The position numbers and the translations under genes were made by a program. From the NCBI GenBank assembly GCA_051382295.1, contig JBBCAW010000024.1, forward strand, positions 1-15,362: a stretch of 15,362 nt of DNA, written 5' to 3'. The stretch's first letter is position 1. Every line of letters begins with the position of its first letter. The notes under the pieces are model-generated. The model saw only the letters and a list, made by a program, of their open reading frames with translations, ran no database searches and was not told the origin of the DNA. Positions 13,588-15,362 of the stretch are shown here, in pieces. This DNA comes from Bdellovibrionota bacterium FG-1. Lineage in GTDB: Bacteria; Bdellovibrionota; UBA1018.

Positions 13588-15362
13588 ATTTCAGAAAATC
13601 AATGACCTCTCCCAATTCGCTTTGAGACGCAAATTTCAAGATACCGTGTTCATGCCGGAGACGAACTTCGCGGTAGCAATGGGCCGGGTCAGCGTGAAGA
13701 AAAACAAAGATTCCGGTAATTCGGACGTAGCCCAGCTTGAGACGATTGATGAGTACAGCCAAAAGGAAAAACTCACGATCATTCGGACCTGGGACGTATC
13801 CGAAACCGCATCGAAGCATGATAAGCGAAAACATTTTTTGGACATGATTGAGTCTGTCCGGGCGAGCCAGAACTCGGCTCGCCCCATTAAACATATTTTA
13901 TTCAGCCATCAGTCGCGCTCGAACCGCAACCGCGAGTCGGCTCGTGAGATCGAAGCTCTGGTCCGGTCGATTGGGGTCACGCTCCATTGTGCACGGGACC
14001 ATCTCAAACTGACGTCGCTCTCCACGCTTGAGGATTGGATGCGCTGGGATCTTTTCAACAATCTGAACGAGAAATTTATCAAGGACCATACCCGCAACGT
14101 CATGGACGGAACCTTTAAACGGGTCGAGATGGGCCTGCTCCCTGGCAAGGGTCCATATGGCTACCGGAACTACCGGGCCTCCGAGCGCGACACGAGTATT
14201 TTCCAACTTGTGGAGCCAGCGGCCACCTACATGAAGACGGCCTTCGAGTTGTTTTCAACCGGACGTTACACCGAAACCTCTCTTGAGGACGAACTGAAGC
14301 GCCGGTTTCCTGAGATTAAAAAGAAGGCTACGGCTAAGCGGCTTTCGGTGCTCTTGCGGAATCCATTTTACTACGGCGATTTTGATTATGGCGGCCAGAG
14401 GCACCAGGGAAATCCCGATTATCACCCTAGACTCGTGAGTCGCCAGATCTGGGACCGCGTTCAAGACGTATTGAATCAGCCTTCTAGGAGCCGCAAGGTT
14501 GTGAAGCATAAGCAACACCCTTATCTGGGGCTTTTACGATGCGGGGGGCTGCTATTGGATGCCGAGGGCAAGACCACCGAGCAATCCTGTGGGGCCGCAA
14601 TCACCGCCGAAGAGAAGCGCAAGAAGCTCAAGGACGGGACTATCAAGACCTTCTATTACTATCATTGTTCGCGCAACTCAGGACTTGCTGGCTGCTGCAA
14701 CCAAAGGGACAAAGGCTATATGGCATCCACTGGACGCAAGCGGTTGAACTTCAGTGAGTCGGAGATTGAGGCGCTGTTTGAGGTGATCGTCAAGCCGCTG
14801 TCGTTCACGCCCGAGGTCACCCAATGGATGCAAGAGGTCGTGCTCGACTCAAGCCAAGACAAAACCAAGATCCATGAAAGCCATCTCTCATCGCTTCAGT
14901 TTCAGTACCGGACCCTCGACCGCAAGATTTCCGCGATCTACGAAGACAAGATCAACGGCGTGATCGACACTGCGCTCTGGAAAACGACACACGACCGCCT
15001 TTCCGCTGAAAAGCGTACGGTGGAGAGCCAGTTGAGTGCTGTGAATGAGGAAAGAGGCGATTATCTGGAGAGAGGCGTGCTTCTCATCGAACTGGCGCAA
15101 GGTACTAGGAATGCTTACGGAAAAGCCACTTCGGAAAATAAGCGTAAAATCATTGAATTCGTTTCATCGAACCACGTTTTGGAGGGCGGAAGCTTCCGAT
15201 TTTCTTACAGAAAACCGTTCGATTTATTAGCTTCCGCCCCCTCAAAGGAAAAATGGTGGTCCCACCAAGAATCGAACTTGGAACTGATCTTTAGGAAAGA
15301 TCCGTTATATCCATTTAACTATGGGACCCCTGCCTCTGAACACAGCACCCCACCTATACTAC
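13580..15362 (+). CDS. Large serine recombinase / integrase (3' partial, at least 594 aa)
   Basis: Translated by hand from ATG 13580 with no stop to the window end. Catalytic AMGRVS (S38), SETAS, HQSRSNRN; recombinase domain GPYGY and LLRNPFYYG...HPRLVS...WDRVQ; Zn ribbon LRC...SCG...YYHC...CC; coiled coil. Confidence 0.93.
   Translation, partial: MAEFQKINDLSQFALRRKFQDTVFMPETNFAVAMGRVSVKKNKDSGNSDVAQLETIDEYSQKEKLTIIRTWDVSETASKHDKRKHFLDMIESVRASQNSARPIKHILFSHQSRSNRNRESAREIEALVRSIGVTLHCARDHLKLTSLSTLEDWMRWDLFNNLNEKFIKDHTRNVMDGTFKRVEMGLLPGKGPYGYRNYRASERDTSIFQLVEPAATYMKTAFELFSTGRYTETSLEDELKRRFPEIKKKATAKRLSVLLRNPFYYGDFDYGGQRHQGNPDYHPRLVSRQIWDRVQDVLNQPSRSRKVVKHKQHPYLGLLRCGGLLLDAEGKTTEQSCGAAITAEEKRKKLKDGTIKTFYYYHCSRNSGLAGCCNQRDKGYMASTGRKRLNFSESEIEALFEVIVKPLSFTPEVTQWMQEVVLDSSQDKTKIHESHLSSLQFQYRTLDRKISAIYEDKINGVIDTALWKTTHDRLSAEKRTVESQLSAVNEERGDYLERGVLLIELAQGTRNAYGKATSENKRKIIEFVSSNHVLEGGSFRFSYRKPFDLLASAPSKEKWWSHQESNLELIFRKDPLYPFNYGTPASEHSTPPIL
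15184..15239. repeat. 11-bp perfect inverted repeat just inside the tRNA 3' end
   Basis: GGGCGGAAGCT (15184..15194) and AGCTTCCGCCC (15229..15239). The left arm overlaps the palindrome CGGAAGCTTCCG (15187..15198). Confidence 0.6.
15254..15328 (-). tRNA. tRNA-Arg(CCT)
   Basis: Reverse complement GGTCCCATAGTTAAATGGATATAACGGATCTTTCCTAAAGATCAGTTCCAAGTTCGATTCTTGGTGGGACCACCA. 7-bp acceptor stem, anticodon arm GATCT-TTCCTAA-AGATC, T arm CCAAG-TTCGATT-CTTGG, encoded CCA. Confidence 0.97.

Larger units (their letters stand above)
130..15253. mobile_element. ICE-like element integrated at tRNA-Arg(CCT); left end probably outside the window
   Basis: T4SS operon, DNA-processing genes, serine integrase abutting a tRNA 3' end, TA module and cargo. 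No second copy of the tRNA 3' end was seen in the window. Confidence 0.8.

Noticed and set aside
13421..15230. ORF-track ORFs on the - strand and in alternative + frames over the integrase
   Set aside because: Shadows of the long recombinase frame starting at 13580.
1..15362. CRISPR array, rRNA, or a second att copy of the tRNA 3' end
   Set aside because: None seen by eye. The other att junction is presumably left of the window.

Overview
Right-hand ~15 kb of an integrated conjugative element (ICE)-like island inserted at the 3' end of a tRNA-Arg(CCT) gene (15254..15328, - strand). The window opens with the 3' tip of an ISAzo13-family transposase. This IS appears to interrupt a small gene ending ...ICGGSSYGGGGI*, which is translationally coupled to a stand-alone, compact LanM-type dehydratase domain (DUF4135) with no cyclase. 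A higBA-type toxin-antitoxin pair and a repeat-rich intergenic region follow. Next comes one ~13 kb, mostly overlapping + strand gene run: Cys-rich microproteins, VirB2, VirB3/TraL, VirB4, VirB5-, VirB6-, VirB8-, VirB9- and VirB10-like genes, an FtsK/SpoIIIE ATPase, a Replic_Relax-like PD-(D/E)xK protein, a TraV-like lipoprotein, two small genes and a large serine recombinase. The recombinase (13580..>15362) is absent from the ORF track because it has no stop in the window and reads antisense through the whole tRNA. No VirD4, HUH relaxase, VirB11 or VirB1 is recognisable in the window. All family assignments come from motif recognition by eye, not from database searches.
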